Shown in pieces: positions 1-12,300 of a stretch of DNA of 64,000 nucleotides; positions within the stretch are counted from its first letter, which is position 1; each line of letters opens with the position of its first letter. The translations under genes were made by a program, and so were the position numbers. This DNA comes from Camelus dromedarius. Taxonomy: Eukaryota. The notes under the pieces are model-generated. The model had not been told where the DNA came from. It saw only the letters and a program-made list of their open reading frames with translations, and did not search any database. The DNA lies in NCBI RefSeq assembly GCF_036321535.1, contig NC_087436.1, forward strand, positions 118,050,001 to 118,114,000, read 5' to 3'.

Positions 1-390
1 GACAACTTTTCATACCTCACTGGGAATTAATATCACAGCTCAGCCAGGGAAGTCTCAGAACCTGCATTTTGCTAGAGAGTTTACAGAGGACCTCAGGAAA
101 ACTGCCCAGGGTCCCATGGCCTGTGTATGGATCAGCTGGGAATCACACACAGGCCTGCCTAACGCCAGTGTCTGGCACCTAACGCTCTTCCTTGTGCCAC
201 CTCTGGAGGCCTACAGGAAAATGCATCTCTCACAGATATGTAGGACCACGCCGACTGAGACCACTACACAGACCAGGCTCTGATGGAGGTCTCTTTGTGC
301 AGATACCTACAGGAAGATGGTAACGACACATCTGACAGCACTCGGTCGTTAGCAACAGGCATCTCAGATACCACCTTCAGAAAACATTTG

Positions 391-1266
391 CAGAAGGCGC
401 CGGAAAAGATGTTCAATATTGCTAATCATTAGGGAAATACAAATCAAAACTGCAATGAGGTTATCACCTCACACCAGTCAGAATGGCCATCATTCAGAAG
501 TCTGCAAATAATAAACGCTGGAGAGACTGGAGAAAAGGAACCATCCTGTGCTGCTGATGGGAATGTAAATGGGTGCAGCCCCTATGGAAAACAGTGTGGA
601 GATTCCTTAAAAAAACTAAACATAGACTTACCATGTGATCCAGCAATCCCACTCTGGATAGAAGGAACTTTAATTTGAAAAGATACATGCACCCCAGTGT
701 TCACAGCAGCACTATTTACAACAGCCAAGATGTGGAAACGACCTAAAAATCCATCAGCAGATGAATGGATGAAGTTGGGGTATATTTACACAATGGAATA
801 CTGCTCAGCCATAAAAAGAATAAAATAATGCCATTTGCAGTAACATGGATGGACCTGGAGATCATTCTAAGTGAAACAAGCTAGAAAGTGAAAGAAAAAT
901 ACCATAGGATATCACTTATATGTGGAATCTAAAAAAAAAAGACACAAATGAACTTATTACAAAACAGAGAGAAACTCAAAGACATAGAGAACAAACTTAC
1001 AGTTACTGGGGGATAAAGGGGAGTAAGGAGGGATAAGTTGGGAGTTTGAGATTTGCAAATACTAGCTACTAATATAAAATAGATAAAAAACAAGTTTGTA
1101 CTGTGTAGCACAGGGAACTATATTCAGCATCTTGTAGTAACCTGTAATGAAAAAGAATATGAAAAGGAATATACTTATGTACATGTGTGACTGAAACATG
1201 ATGCTGTGTGCCAGAAATTGACACTACGTTGTAAACTGACTGCTTCAATAAAAAAGAATGCAAATA
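391..1266 (+). mobile_element. 5'-truncated L1 (end of ORF2 plus 3' UTR and A-rich tail)
   Basis: L1 motifs caaatcaaaactgcaatgagg, gatccagcaatcccact and cacagggaactatattca; A-rich tail. TSD AAAACATTTG at 381-390 and 1267-1276. Confidence 0.92.
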
Positions 1267-2959
1267 AAAACATTTGTTGAGCAGTCATATCATAAATACT
1301 AGTTCTGGGACTGAAAACAAAATTATCTACCATTCCAGATTCATGTCAAAACTGTTTTGAAGTTATTTTTTCCTTTCCTGTTTTTATCCACGTCTAGACA
1401 TTTTTATATAAAAGTACACTTGCCACAAATAAAATGATTTCTGCTTTTTCTCTTAGCATCAGATTTTAAGTACTTTATGTTGCCATAATGTCTTCACAGT
1501 TATTATTTTAATGAGCTGTAATACTCCATCAGATGGAACTATCATAATTTACTTAAATGTTTTCTTGTTAGATGTGCAGGCTGCTTTCAGCTTTTCTTTC
1601 TTTTTTCTTTCTGGAGGAGGCACCCAGATCAGCTTTTCATCCTTATAAGTTGTTTGAAAATTTTGTACATACAGCATTTCTCTTCTTTTAAGTGAATTCC
1701 TTCAATGAGGTGCAAGGAGCAAGATTAGTGGATCAAAGGATTGATTACTTTTTAGGATTCCAGAAACATGTTCTTAAATTGTGTTTCCAAAGGGTTTTTT
1801 AAACAACATTTTACCAATTTATGGCCAGTGTCCACATTTGAGGATATTGATTTCACAACCTCAGAACCAGCTCTGGGTATTTTCATTTCAGATTGTTGTG
1901 GGTTACAGGGGCACTTAAAAAGAAGTGTTACTGGGCCAGGTAACCTCACGTGCAGTCTAGAACGTGAAAGCATCTTCTTGGTTTAAATAAATAGATCACA
2001 CACACACACACGTATTCTGGCAATGAAAATGAAAAAATCACTCCCCTCAGTTGCAATCATGCTTTACTCGGAGACAGTTCTTTGAACCCAGGGTGTCTGT
2101 GTCGGTGTGATTTACAAAGTGGCTGAAATCTCTGAGGCTGCAGGATTCACTTCCAACTTTGTTTCAACTCTTTTTGAAACTTTAGGCAAGCTCACTCATG
2201 TTACACCTGGTTTTCCAACCTGTATCACTTGTGGTCTGTGCAGAAGGTGAAAACCAAAAATATCCTGAGAAAGCTTAGAATTGCTTTGAATAAGCTTTGC
2301 TCTTGTCTCTAGAATATGTACAGGGATGGAGGCTAGAGAGGTGGCCATGTGAGGGATGTGGGCTTATGGGCTTGGTGTCCACATCTGTATGAGGCATGTG
2401 TGTGTCTAATGCAAGAGTCTAGGAGGTAAACCTTAGATTTTAAGATCCATGTCTCATTTAAAAATTCATTTTGATTTGTCTTGTACATGGGGGATGAAGA
2501 AAATGGCCATAAATCAGTCTGAGATGGTTAAGTAGAAATGAATTGTAGGTTGCGTTTATACCTTTCAACCCTCATAAAAATAAGTATGGATGTCGTGAGG
2601 ATAAAACATGCATCCATCATCTCTGTAACGTCAGACATATGTATGCACACTGTTCTGTTTCACTGATTATAAGGCACACGTTTTCTCTTGGTTTAATGGT
2701 TTTGACATCGGGATGTGCTTTATGGTCACTGCTGTTCAAGGCGGTGTTTGTGATGTAGTTTTATTGCTTGCATGTGGTCATAGCTGTTCCTACTTAGAGC
2801 GCTTTCAAGGGATGAGAAAGAATCACATCACAGATTAGTTGGTAGCATTTCTCTCTTCTTAGTGGTATCTGAAGTAACAGGGCATTTGATGTGGGTGGCA
2901 TCCGGAAGTAGACAGGACATGGCATGTTCTCCTCCTCTAGCTGCAGGTGACAGGGAAGC

Positions 2960-3305
2960 GACATGAGTGCCTTTGAAGGGAATGAACTGGCTTTGGCCAC
3001 TTCTCACCACCTGCATCACTTCCATTCTGGTCCCAGGCAGGGTCACATCTCTCACCTAGGTTACTACAGTAACCTTCCTTTTCCCCTTACCCCTTCAGTG
3101 GCACCTCAGTGCAGCAGCCAGAGCAATCTTGTTCAAGTGGGCGTCATTTTTTGTGTATTTATCTCCCCCAGGGGGATTACAGGCTCCTTCAAGTAGAGAT
3201 GCGGTGTGATTTATTCACTGCTGTGTCTGCAAGGCCGAAAAGAACACCTGGGATGTAACAGGTGCCCAGCAGATTTTTGATGGATGAATGGCTACATGAA
3301 TGAAC
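2960..3305 (+). mobile_element. L2 3' fragment
   Basis: Degenerate L2 text ending in ggatgaatggctacatgaatgaa, the typical L2 tail. Confidence 0.6.
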
Positions 3306-3329
3306 AAAGGTGTCGCTCTTATTGGCCGG

Positions 3330-3740
3330 GGGTGGAACCAGGTTCCTGAATTTTCCTTCTTGGCTTCCCTCCCCTGTGTGGCTACAGCTGGCTCTCTCCT
3401 CTGGGGGCCCTTCCAGCCCCCGGCTCGCAACCTCACAGCTCCAAGTTTGGAAAAGGGAGCATCTTTTTCATTGCTGTTGCAGGAAACATCCCAGGGTTAG
3501 TTCTGATGGGTTCTGATGAAGTCGTGGGCCCGTCTTGAACCAGTGGCTGTGACCAGGGAGGCTGAGCTCTAACTGGCCAGGCTGGACCACGTGCCCACCC
3601 TTGAATTCAGGGTGTAGAGTTGGCTTCCCTTGGGGCATTTAGACTAAGGAGGTATGTGCAGAATACTCTCAGAGAACACTGGGGTATCTTTAGAAGAAGG
3701 GCCGTGGACGCTGGGCGGGCAGGTGAAAGCAAACACAGCT
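3330..3740. mobile_element. Old MaLR LTR fragment (MLT1K/L-like)
   Basis: Motifs ttgaaccagtggctgtgaccaggg and ggccaggctggaccacgtgcccaccc resemble MLT1K/L as recalled. Confidence 0.5.
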
Positions 3741-4175
3741 GTCCTCTCCGGCGCCTGTTATTTTTGTGTTCCTTGAAACATGGTGGGAACACTTCAGCTT
3801 ATTTTATTTAATTGCCAGGTTGCATGTCCACTTCCGCACTGATCTGTGGCTCACTAGGGAGCAGTCATCCTTCCCTTTTCACCCTTGTGTCTGCATGGCC
3901 TAGAATGGGGCCAGGGAAGGCCTAGAGCAGCTCTTTGTTGAATGAGAGATGAAAGTCATCACTTATTGGGGGCCGATTTCTTACATTATTCTGTAATGTA
4001 ATGTAATTCTGTAATGTAATGTAATTTCTTACATTATTCTTACATTATTTTCAGAAGCTACTGAAAAACCAATGCAGAAATTTCAGACTCTTTACCAGTA
4101 AAGTTGATTTAGAGAACTGGCTTGGATTTGAGTCCAGAATGGCCTTTCTGCTCTTGTCCCTTCGTTTCAACTTTT

Positions 4176-4321
4176 TTTTTTTTTTTTTGCTTTTTGCTAG
4201 GGGAGGTAATTAGTTTTATTTACTTGTTTAGGTTTTTTTTTTGATGGAGGCACTGGGGATTGAACCCAAGACCTCATGCATGCTAAGCGTGTGCTCTGCC
4301 ACTTGAGCTATACCCTCCCCC
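4176..4321 (-). mobile_element. tRNA-derived SINE (camelid Vic-1-like)
   Basis: Reverse complement reads ggggagggtatagctcaagtggcagagcacacgcttagcatgcatgaggtcttgggttcaatccccag (A and B boxes), with a poly(T) tail on the + strand. TSD tc[g/a]tttcaactttt at 4162-4175 and 4322-4335. Confidence 0.9.
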
Positions 4322-5095
4322 TCATTTCAACTTTTGAGACTTGCCTGGGCAGAGAACTTTGAGTCTGTAAAGTGGGCTCTGGGATTGTGACTCCCAGTCG
4401 CAGAGAACACCCAAGACATTTTTTTTAAATGACAATCTGTAATGGTCAGTGGATATCAGACTCTTATGGATCGTGATCTGGGGTATCACTTCTCTTCCCA
4501 GTGAGAGAAAAGGCAGAGCTTCTCCCCACTGCTTTCCGGGAAAGACAAAATTCCTTTTGCGGGGGAGAGCCAAAGGGTGGAGAGAGGGGAGATGGCTCTC
4601 ATGCTACGAGCTGGAGTGAATAGGGTGTTAGGGTGGCGACAGGTTTCTGTTGAGTCTTGAGGGAAGGGTTTAAATGCTTTGAGGGAAAAAGGATCGGTAT
4701 TTTAGGAGGATCAAACAGCATAAGCTAGCACTGAGCTTAGGCATTTTCCTGAGAGAATTGGAAGGAACAAAATATTCTTAACAATACTCAAGTTATCTAA
4801 AATCTGAGCTCTGAGCAACTGTACACAGAGATGGAGAAAGTGTTCTAGAAAGAGCAGCGAGGGTCCTGACACCCTAAAGGGATATTCTCATGCAGACAGC
4901 AATGGGACAAACAGTTCAGGATGCCAAGGGAGGCCTCGCACAACAGAACTACCCAGCAAGAGAAAATCAGGCTTAGTAGCCAAATTTGTATGACCTCCTC
5001 GGAGTGTCTTTATTCACTGAGGATTTTGGCATCTGGTTCATCTCCCAGAAGTACTCCATCTGTGAAGTCAGTGATATAACATCCCATTCACTCAC

Positions 5096-5498
5096 TGTGG
5101 GACTTTACCGCTGTTCACCCCTATCCTGTCCCTGCTCATTTCTATGCATACAAAAAAATTATACTTCCCTGTCCCTTGAAGTTATGTGGGACTGTGCGAC
5201 TTGCTTGGATCAGTGTCAGCAGAGGTGATGTGTGTCACATCCTGGAAAAAGTATTTAAGAACCAGATGTCACTTTGTTTCTTTCCTCCTCTGTTTGGGCA
5301 ACTACAGTGCTCTGGAGGGTAGAAATGACTTCAGCCTGGTTCCCAGAGTGAGCCCAGAGTGGAATGGAGGCCACACCCACAACCAGCCAACCTGATCTGG
5401 GACATGGCATCAGTGAGAAAGAAACCTCTGCTGTTTTAAGTCACTGAGATTGGGGCTGCTTGTTATGCAGCATAACACAGTCTGTCCTAGTTGGCACA
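5096..5498 (+). mobile_element. MaLR solo LTR (MLT1H/I/J-like)
   Basis: TG...CA ends. 3' part gagaaagaaacctctgctgttttaagtcactgagattggggctgcttgttatgcagcataac is characteristic of this group. Confidence 0.7.
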
Positions 5499-5589
5499 CT
5501 TACCAAAACCAGCCTTCTTCAGACAGAACGTGTTCGCTATTTTACCATTGTTATGTTAGCTGTATTGTTATTGTAGACACCTTTATCAC

Positions 5590-8062
5590 CTTATTTCCCT
5601 TCTATCCTGATTTGCTTAAGAGTTTTTATTATCAATGAGGGCTGAATTTAAGTAAATGATTTTTCTCCACCTGTTGAGATGATATGTGGTTTTTCTCCTT
5701 TTTCTGACTAGGTGAAGAATTAAAATTTTAGAGCATTTTAAAATATTAAATCAACCTTTCATTCTTGGCATAAAACTGACTTTCTCATGAGTGGTAAATT
5801 ATTCAATCTGATTTGCTAATATTTTGTTTCTAAATTTTTCATGAGGATATTGCAAACATTACGCCAATACACTTGAAACTTAGATAAAATAACTACCTTG
5901 GAAAATACAACTTACAAGAATTTAAATATTAGAGTAGTTCTGTATCTATTAAAGAATTGAGTCTGTAATAAAAATAAAAACTTTATTGCGAAGGAAGGTC
6001 TAAGCCTAGGTGTCTTCATGAATTCATGTCTACGTGAATTCTTCCAAATGTTAGAAATAATACTACTCCACAAACTCTTCCAAAGAACAGCAAGAGCACA
6101 CTTTTAATGTCTTCATTAGTTTTTTGGTATCAAGGTTATATTGTTCTCCTTAAAAAAATCTGGAAGTATACCATTGCTTGCAATTCTCTGTAAGAGTCTG
6201 TGTAGGATTGTTACTATTTCTAAGTTCAAATGTAGTGGCATAACTTTGTTCATAACAGCCTTTTAATCTTTTCAGTGGTTGTAGGATCTGTAGTGATGTT
6301 TCTTTTTCAGTACTGATTTTGGTAATTTGTGTTTTCTCTCTCCTTTATTTTCATTGGTCTTGCCTGAGTTTATCAGTTTTTTAAATTTATAAATAGCCTT
6401 GGCTTTGTTCATTTTTATTTGTTTGCTAATGATTCACTGATTTGTTAGTTTACTTTTCTCCTTGTAATTTTAGGTTTAATGTAATGTTCTTTTTCTAGAT
6501 TTCTGAGACAGAATCTTAGATCGTTGATTATATTTACTCACATATTCTGTTCTTTATTTCTTCCTTCACTTAGAAGTTCCCATTGAAATTACTTTCACTC
6601 TGCCAGAAGTGCTTTCTTTAGCATTCCCTTTAGTGTATGCCTTCTGGTGATGAGTCTTCTCACTTACCATTCTTCTGAAATTGTCTTTATTTAAACTTTA
6701 TGGATGATTCTTCTGGATATCAGGTTCTATGTTGGCAGCTTTTTCCTTAAGCATTTTGAAGATATAATTCTGTTGTCTTGTGGCTTTTATTGTTTCTGAT
6801 TAAAAGACAGCTGTCAGTACTAAGCAGATACGTTTCATCTATCTAGCTGATTTTAAGAGTTTCTATTTTGTTTTCAGAAATTTAATTCCAGTGTGCATAG
6901 GTGTGGTGTCCCGGCCACTTTCTGCTGTGGCTCATGCTTCTGGTGACTGTGCCTGAACAGCACTGATGGTTTTGCAGGATTCTTATTTAGCCTTCTAGTA
7001 ACACTGTGACACTTTCTCCTCACACCGTCGAACTCAAATTGCACAGGTATTGTATGCCTTAGCGCTGTGCCCCACGCGGCTCTGACAGTATTTCTGTATC
7101 TTTAAAGATTCTTTTATTTCTCTTTACTTTCTGATCAAATATTTTCTTCTAGCCTATTTCTTTTGTAATCATTTCAGGCCTGTCTGTCTGCTATGCAGTA
7201 TAACTATCAAGTTCTTAACATAGCTTATTGCACTTTTCAGTTCTAGAACCACCGTTTGGTTCATTTTAATGGCTTTCCACTGCTGCTGAAATTCTCAGAA
7301 CTGGCTTTTTAATTAAACATATCAATCATGTTTACTTAGAAGACATGTTTGATAACTCCATTATTTGGTAACCGTCTATTTCTGTTGTCATCTGTTTCCT
7401 TTTAGACATCTCTTGTTTTCTTATTTGCCTGGTGGTAGTTTTTTTTTTTTTTTTTTTTTTTGAACATGCTGGGCATTATTTAGGAAACAGTATAGAGATA
7501 ATTTGGGGCTTTGGATGATGCTCTGTTTCCTCAGAAATGTTTTCCTTTTGCTTTTTGTAAATAGCTAAGCTGGAGTGCCAGGGGTTACATTTCATCTCAG
7601 TCTTCACAGAGCTTGAGATGATCAGACATCCTGTGAGGACTCTTTTCATCCATTTCACAGTCACTCCTGGAATGAAGCCCTTGGGGGTCCTTACGAGAAG
7701 CATTGGGTTTATGAAGCCTCTTCTTCCTTGGGAGGCTCTGGCTGTTAGTGTATGTCCTGGCCCTAAAGCCGGTGAGGGTTTCCACACCTTGCTTGGCTTC
7801 TCAGCCTCCTGAAAGCTGCTCTCAGATTTGGCAGGTGCCTCTTGAGGAAGAGCGACCCCAAATGCTGGACCCATCTCTTTCCCTTTTCTTTCTTTCTTTT
7901 TTTTTTTTTTGTAGATATTCAACCCGCAGTTCCTTACTCCCTTGACAGCTCTATGAGTCCTTCAGACAGATTTTCTAAAGATTTATTTTGTATAGTTATT
8001 CTAGTTTTTATTAGCAGGAAGGCTGACCAAAAACACTCTAGTCGACCAGAAGCAGAAGTCCT
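5590..8062 (-). mobile_element. Old fragmented L1M(E)-type element, with a sense-oriented piece at ~5852-6105
   Basis: T-rich antisense ORF2/ORF1-like text (ttttggtatcaaggttata, tggcttttattgtttctga), ending near ccagaagcagaagtc. Confidence 0.65.
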
Positions 8063-8120
8063 CTCCTCAGTGTTAATCTGTACATAGTGACTTCTATTTT
8101 TAAAGCAAACTTTCCCTAAT

Positions 8121-8791
8121 TTATTAGAAAACTAAAAACAGAACTACTGTATGATCCAGCAATCCCACTCCTGGGCATATATTTGGAGAAAACTCTAATT
8201 TGAAAACATACACGCACCCCAGTGTTCATAGCAGCACTAGTTACAATAGCCAAGACATGGGAGCAACCTAAATGTCCATCGACAGATGACTGGATAAAGA
8301 AGTTGTGGTGTATATATATATACACACACACATACCATATATATATATATATATTACTCAGCCATAAAATAGAATGAAATAATACCATTTGCAGCAACAT
8401 GAATGGACCCAGAGATTATCATACTAAGAGAAGTAAGTCATACAGAGAAAGATAAATATCGTATGATACCACTTTTATATGGAATCAAAAAAAAAAAGGA
8501 CACAAATGAACACAAAACAGAAAGAGACTCACAGCCATAGCTAACAAACTTATGGTTACCAAAGGGGACAGGTAGGGAGGGATAAATTAGAAGGTGGGAT
8601 TTGCAGATACAAAGTACTATATAAAGAGATAAAAAGCAAGGACCTACGGTCTAGCACAGGGAACTACATTCAATATCTTATAATAATCTATAATGAAACT
8701 ATGAAAAATAATATGTATACCTGAATCACTATGCTGTACACCAGAAACTAAGACAACATTGTAAATCAACTAAATTATGATTATAAAAATA
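8121..8791 (+). mobile_element. 5'-truncated L1 3' end
   Basis: Motifs gatccagcaatcccactcctgggcatat and cacagggaactacattcaatatc; A-rich tail. Degraded TSD aaagcaaactttccctaat (8102-8120) vs aaaataagctctccctgat (8792-8810), 14/19 identical with transitions only. Confidence 0.9.
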
Positions 8792-9129
8792 AAAATAAGC
8801 TCTCCCTGATACCCACGTCACCTTAGGTCTCCTGCCCAACCCTCCTCACTTTCACGACCATCTTTCCTGAGAAAGCAGTCATCACTTGGGGTCCTCAAAT
8901 TCTCATGACAACCTGTGCCTCAAATCACTACATCAGGCTTCATCATTTCAGCGAAATAGCTCTGACTAGAGTCACTGTGATCATTTGGTTCTTAGAACTA
9001 GCATATGATTGTAAGTCTTTCTTTCTTGAAAATAAGAGAATGAGCTCACCCATGAACCCATGATCCAAGTGGAGAAGTAGAGCATGTCCAGTTCTTTGGA
9101 AGCACCCTGGGCATGTCTCCCTTACCCCA

Positions 9130-10220
9130 CCCACTTTTCCACGCCTTGTCATTCCTAACCGCACAGTGTTCACTTGTTACTGCTCAATGAAATTTACAAA
9201 AATGGTACCGTGTTTTAGTTCTCATCTGTGATTTGCTGTTTTTGCTCAAGATTGAGTTTCTAAGATTTATCCATGCCGTGTATAGCTGCATTCTCTTCAC
9301 TTTCACTAATGTATAATGTTCCATTACGTGACTTCACCATCAATTCTAGCCTTCCTTCTGACAGCGGACACTTGTATTCTTGCTAGTTTGGGACTATTAT
9401 GAACACTGCTTCTGTGAACAATTTTGTATATGCCTCCTGGTGCACATATGCACGAATTTCTGTAGCATATGTATGGGTCATGGAATAGGTGTATGTTCCA
9501 CTTTGTAAGATAATGGCAAATGGTTTTCCAAAGTGGTGGTATCAGTTTACACTCTGAGAAACCATGTACAGACACTTCCATTGCTCTGCATCTGCTCTGT
9601 TCTAAGGAAATATGATGAAGTCCACAAATCAAGCCACATTTGTAATTTCAAATTTTCTAGTAGTGACATTACAAAGATAAAAAGAACTATGTGAACTTAA
9701 TAATACATCTTATTTAACCTAACTAAAGTATTATAATTTCAGTGTCAAAATTATTGACATATTTTATACTCTTTTACTCATACAAAGCCTTTGAAATTGG
9801 GTGTGGATTTTACACTTAACAGCACATCTTAATTTGGACTAGCTACATTTAAAGTGCTCAAAAGACACGTGTGGCTTGCAGCTACCCTGTAGGACAACAC
9901 ACCTCTACTTCCTGGCCAATATTTAGTGTTGTGGGCTTTTTCATATTTGCCAATTGAATGAGTATAAAATGGTATCTTATTGTTGTTTTAAACTGCATTC
10001 CTTCATCCACAAGGTTGAGGTTTCTTCATATATTTAGTTCCCGCTTTGGTGATGGACCTGTTCATAGCTTGGTTAATTTTCCTACTAGAAGTCTGCCTTT
10101 TTTGATTGATTTGTAGTTCTTTGCATATTCTAGATGACTCTTCTTTGTCAGTTATAAGCGTTGCAAAGATTGTCTCCTGTTTTGTGATTTCCCTTTTTGA
10201 ATCCTTTATGATGTTCGTTA
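9130..10220 (-). mobile_element. Old L1ME-like 3' region, interrupted by MER33
   Basis: Antisense L1 motifs ttttccaaagtggtggtatcagtttacact and aatggtatcttattgttgttttaa. Confidence 0.65.
9592..9902 (+). mobile_element. MER33-like hAT-Charlie DNA transposon relic
   Basis: aattttctagtagtgacatt ... acagcacatcttaatttggactagctacatttaaagtgctca matches MER33 as recalled. Degenerate 8-bp flanks ctctgcat / ctctactt. Confidence 0.75.
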
Positions 10221-10229
10221 GCTGTTCCT

Positions 10230-12300
10230 TCTCCGTCTCCCTGGTAAGACCAGCCTCCTCTCCCTTGCAATAAATCTTGGAATTCCTCAAGACTGAGTCC
10301 TTGGACCTGTTCCTTAGTGCTCTGTACTGTCTCCGCAGGTGATCCTGTCAGCCCCTACGTGTTCAGTCACCCTGTACAGTCTGAGTGCAGTCAAGAGACC
10401 AAAGCCACAGCAGCGTTACAAAGGCAAAAAGTACTACAAAGAACTGTCATCTAGTAAAAACGTTAACTATGAAAAGAAGTCAGGACTCAGGAGATTCAGA
10501 AGTAGCAACTCTGGCAAAACAGCTGCTTCCCTAGGGTTGAGGGTGCATGAACAAGGAAGGAACTCAGAAGTCAAGAGGGGCTCCCTCTCCACCTAGGCTG
10601 TATTTCACATCTGTTTGGCCAGGCCCTGGTTATCAGCAGGACAGGCATCCTACTGGGTGGCACAGAAACTTGCCGCAGGACGCTGGCTGCAGCTCCTCGA
10701 TGAGGGCCGCCTGCACGCCCGCCTACTGCTGCAGGGTGGAAAACGGCACACCAGAGGAAAGGATGTCCCTTCCTCCCACTCGGGTCTGGCAGCGTCTCTC
10801 TTGCGCCCTCTATTGTCCATGCCTAACACGAAGCTGGCTGGAAACAAATGTCTACAGGGTCCAGTCCAGCGTCACACAGCAGTGGATTTGGAGCTGAGAC
10901 GATACATTAATAATTGGTGCATATTCCAGTATAACAGTGACTCAGTAATTTATTCCCTTAATTTATGTTTCTCCTCCGGGCTCCAAATCTGTGTTCCTGT
11001 GTATTTTTTTCCCATTCGAACGTCTCAAGAGAATTAATACCTCAAATTTCAACACGACCTCAGTAAAATTCATGTTCCTTAATTGTTCCCAGCTTAGTGT
11101 ACAGTACCATGATTACCCAGCTGCAGAAGCCCAACTGTCTCAGATTTTCCTTGATACTTCCATCTCCCTCACCCCCACAAATCCAGTCAGGCGCTTGGCT
11201 GTGTTGACTTTACCTCCCAAACATCTCCCCAGTCTGCACTTTCTTCGAAGCCACACCGCCGCCACCTCCATTCAAACATCGCCCCTCTGGGCCCCCTGTG
11301 CTGCCTCCTAGCTGGTCTCCATGCTCCCCCTTGCCCTTTCAGCACCTCCATCCAACCGCCAGAATTACAGCTTTAAATCACAAGTACAATCGTGCTGTGC
11401 TCAGTGGTCCTTAATGGCGTCACTGCTCTCAGAGTGAAGACTGGGAACGTGACGAGGCCTCCAAGACCCTGTAGGGTCTACAACCTGCCCGTCTCTCCCT
11501 TGGCGTCTCATCTCGCGTGAGTTCAGTTCCCTGCGTGAGTTTGATTACTCGTCTCACCCAGCTAATCTCATCTCGCGTGAGTTCAGTTCCCTGCGTGAGT
11601 TTGATTACTCATCTCACCCAGCTAATCTCATCTCGCGTGAGTTCAGTTCCCTGCGTGAGTTTGATTACTCATCTCACCCAGCTAATCTCATCTCGCGTGA
11701 GTTCAGTTCCCTGCGTGAGTTTGATTACTCATCTCACCCAGCTAATCTCATCTCGCGTGAGTTCAGTTCCCTGCGTGAGTTTGATTACTCATCTCGCCCA
11801 GCTAATCTCATCTCGCGTGAGTTTAATTCACGGCACCAGTTCAATGACAGCGCAGTTGGACTTCGTAGCCTGGTACCTGGCTTGTGGTCATCCGCCCATC
11901 AGGTGAGTTACTCTCCTCATTCTTCCTGTAATCAATGCAACTATATATACTCTTCAGCCACACGAGCAGTCTTTCAGTGTCTTGTAAGTTGCATGCCTGC
12001 CCAGGGCCATATCACCTGTTGCTTCTCCCCCCCCCCCCCAGTGGTCTTAGTTATCCCCGACTCATCTTTCTACAAGGTGCCTTATCTGACTCCCAGACTG
12101 GGTCAGGACCCCTAGGGAGCCTCCCTCAAACTACCACATGCTAATCATTGCACGTATCATGGCTGTAGTTCAGTGCTTCGTTAGCTCTATTAATGTCTGT
12201 CTCCCCCATGAGACCAGAGTCCCTTTGAGGACCGCTTGTCCCGTCTAGCGTGGGCCCCAGGGCTTTACAGAGTGTCTGTCTTGTAGCTGCTTGTCCTTGA
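10230..12300 (+). mobile_element. L2 relic interrupted by an MLT1-type LTR (~10380-10923) and by the 11.5-kb minisatellite insertion
   Basis: L2 motifs cctcctagctggtctcc, cagccacacgagcagtcttt and tgtctgtctcccccatgagacc. The LTR-like end ggatttggagctgagacgatacattaataattggtgca lies at ~10884-10921. Confidence 0.6.
11506..11823. repeat. Minisatellite, 60-bp unit x ~5.3
   Basis: Unit tctcatctcgcgtgagttcagttccctgcgtgagtttgattactcatctcacccagctaa. Only two substitutions across five units (g at 11551, g at 11796). Confidence 0.98.

Noticed and set aside
2650..2800. MER104/Kanga-like Tc2 transposon end
   Set aside because: Only a faint resemblance (cactgattataaggcacacg...atcgggatgtgcttt), too degraded to call.
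11506..11823. CRISPR-like array
   Set aside because: The units are head-to-tail with no unique spacers, there are no cas genes, and the context is a mammalian intron. It is a minisatellite.
11517..11906. 129-aa repetitive ORF (SSVPCVSLITHLTQLISSRV)n
   Set aside because: It starts at GTG and is open only because the 60-bp unit is a multiple of 3 with no stop in that frame. No promoter, splice acceptor or homology evidence.
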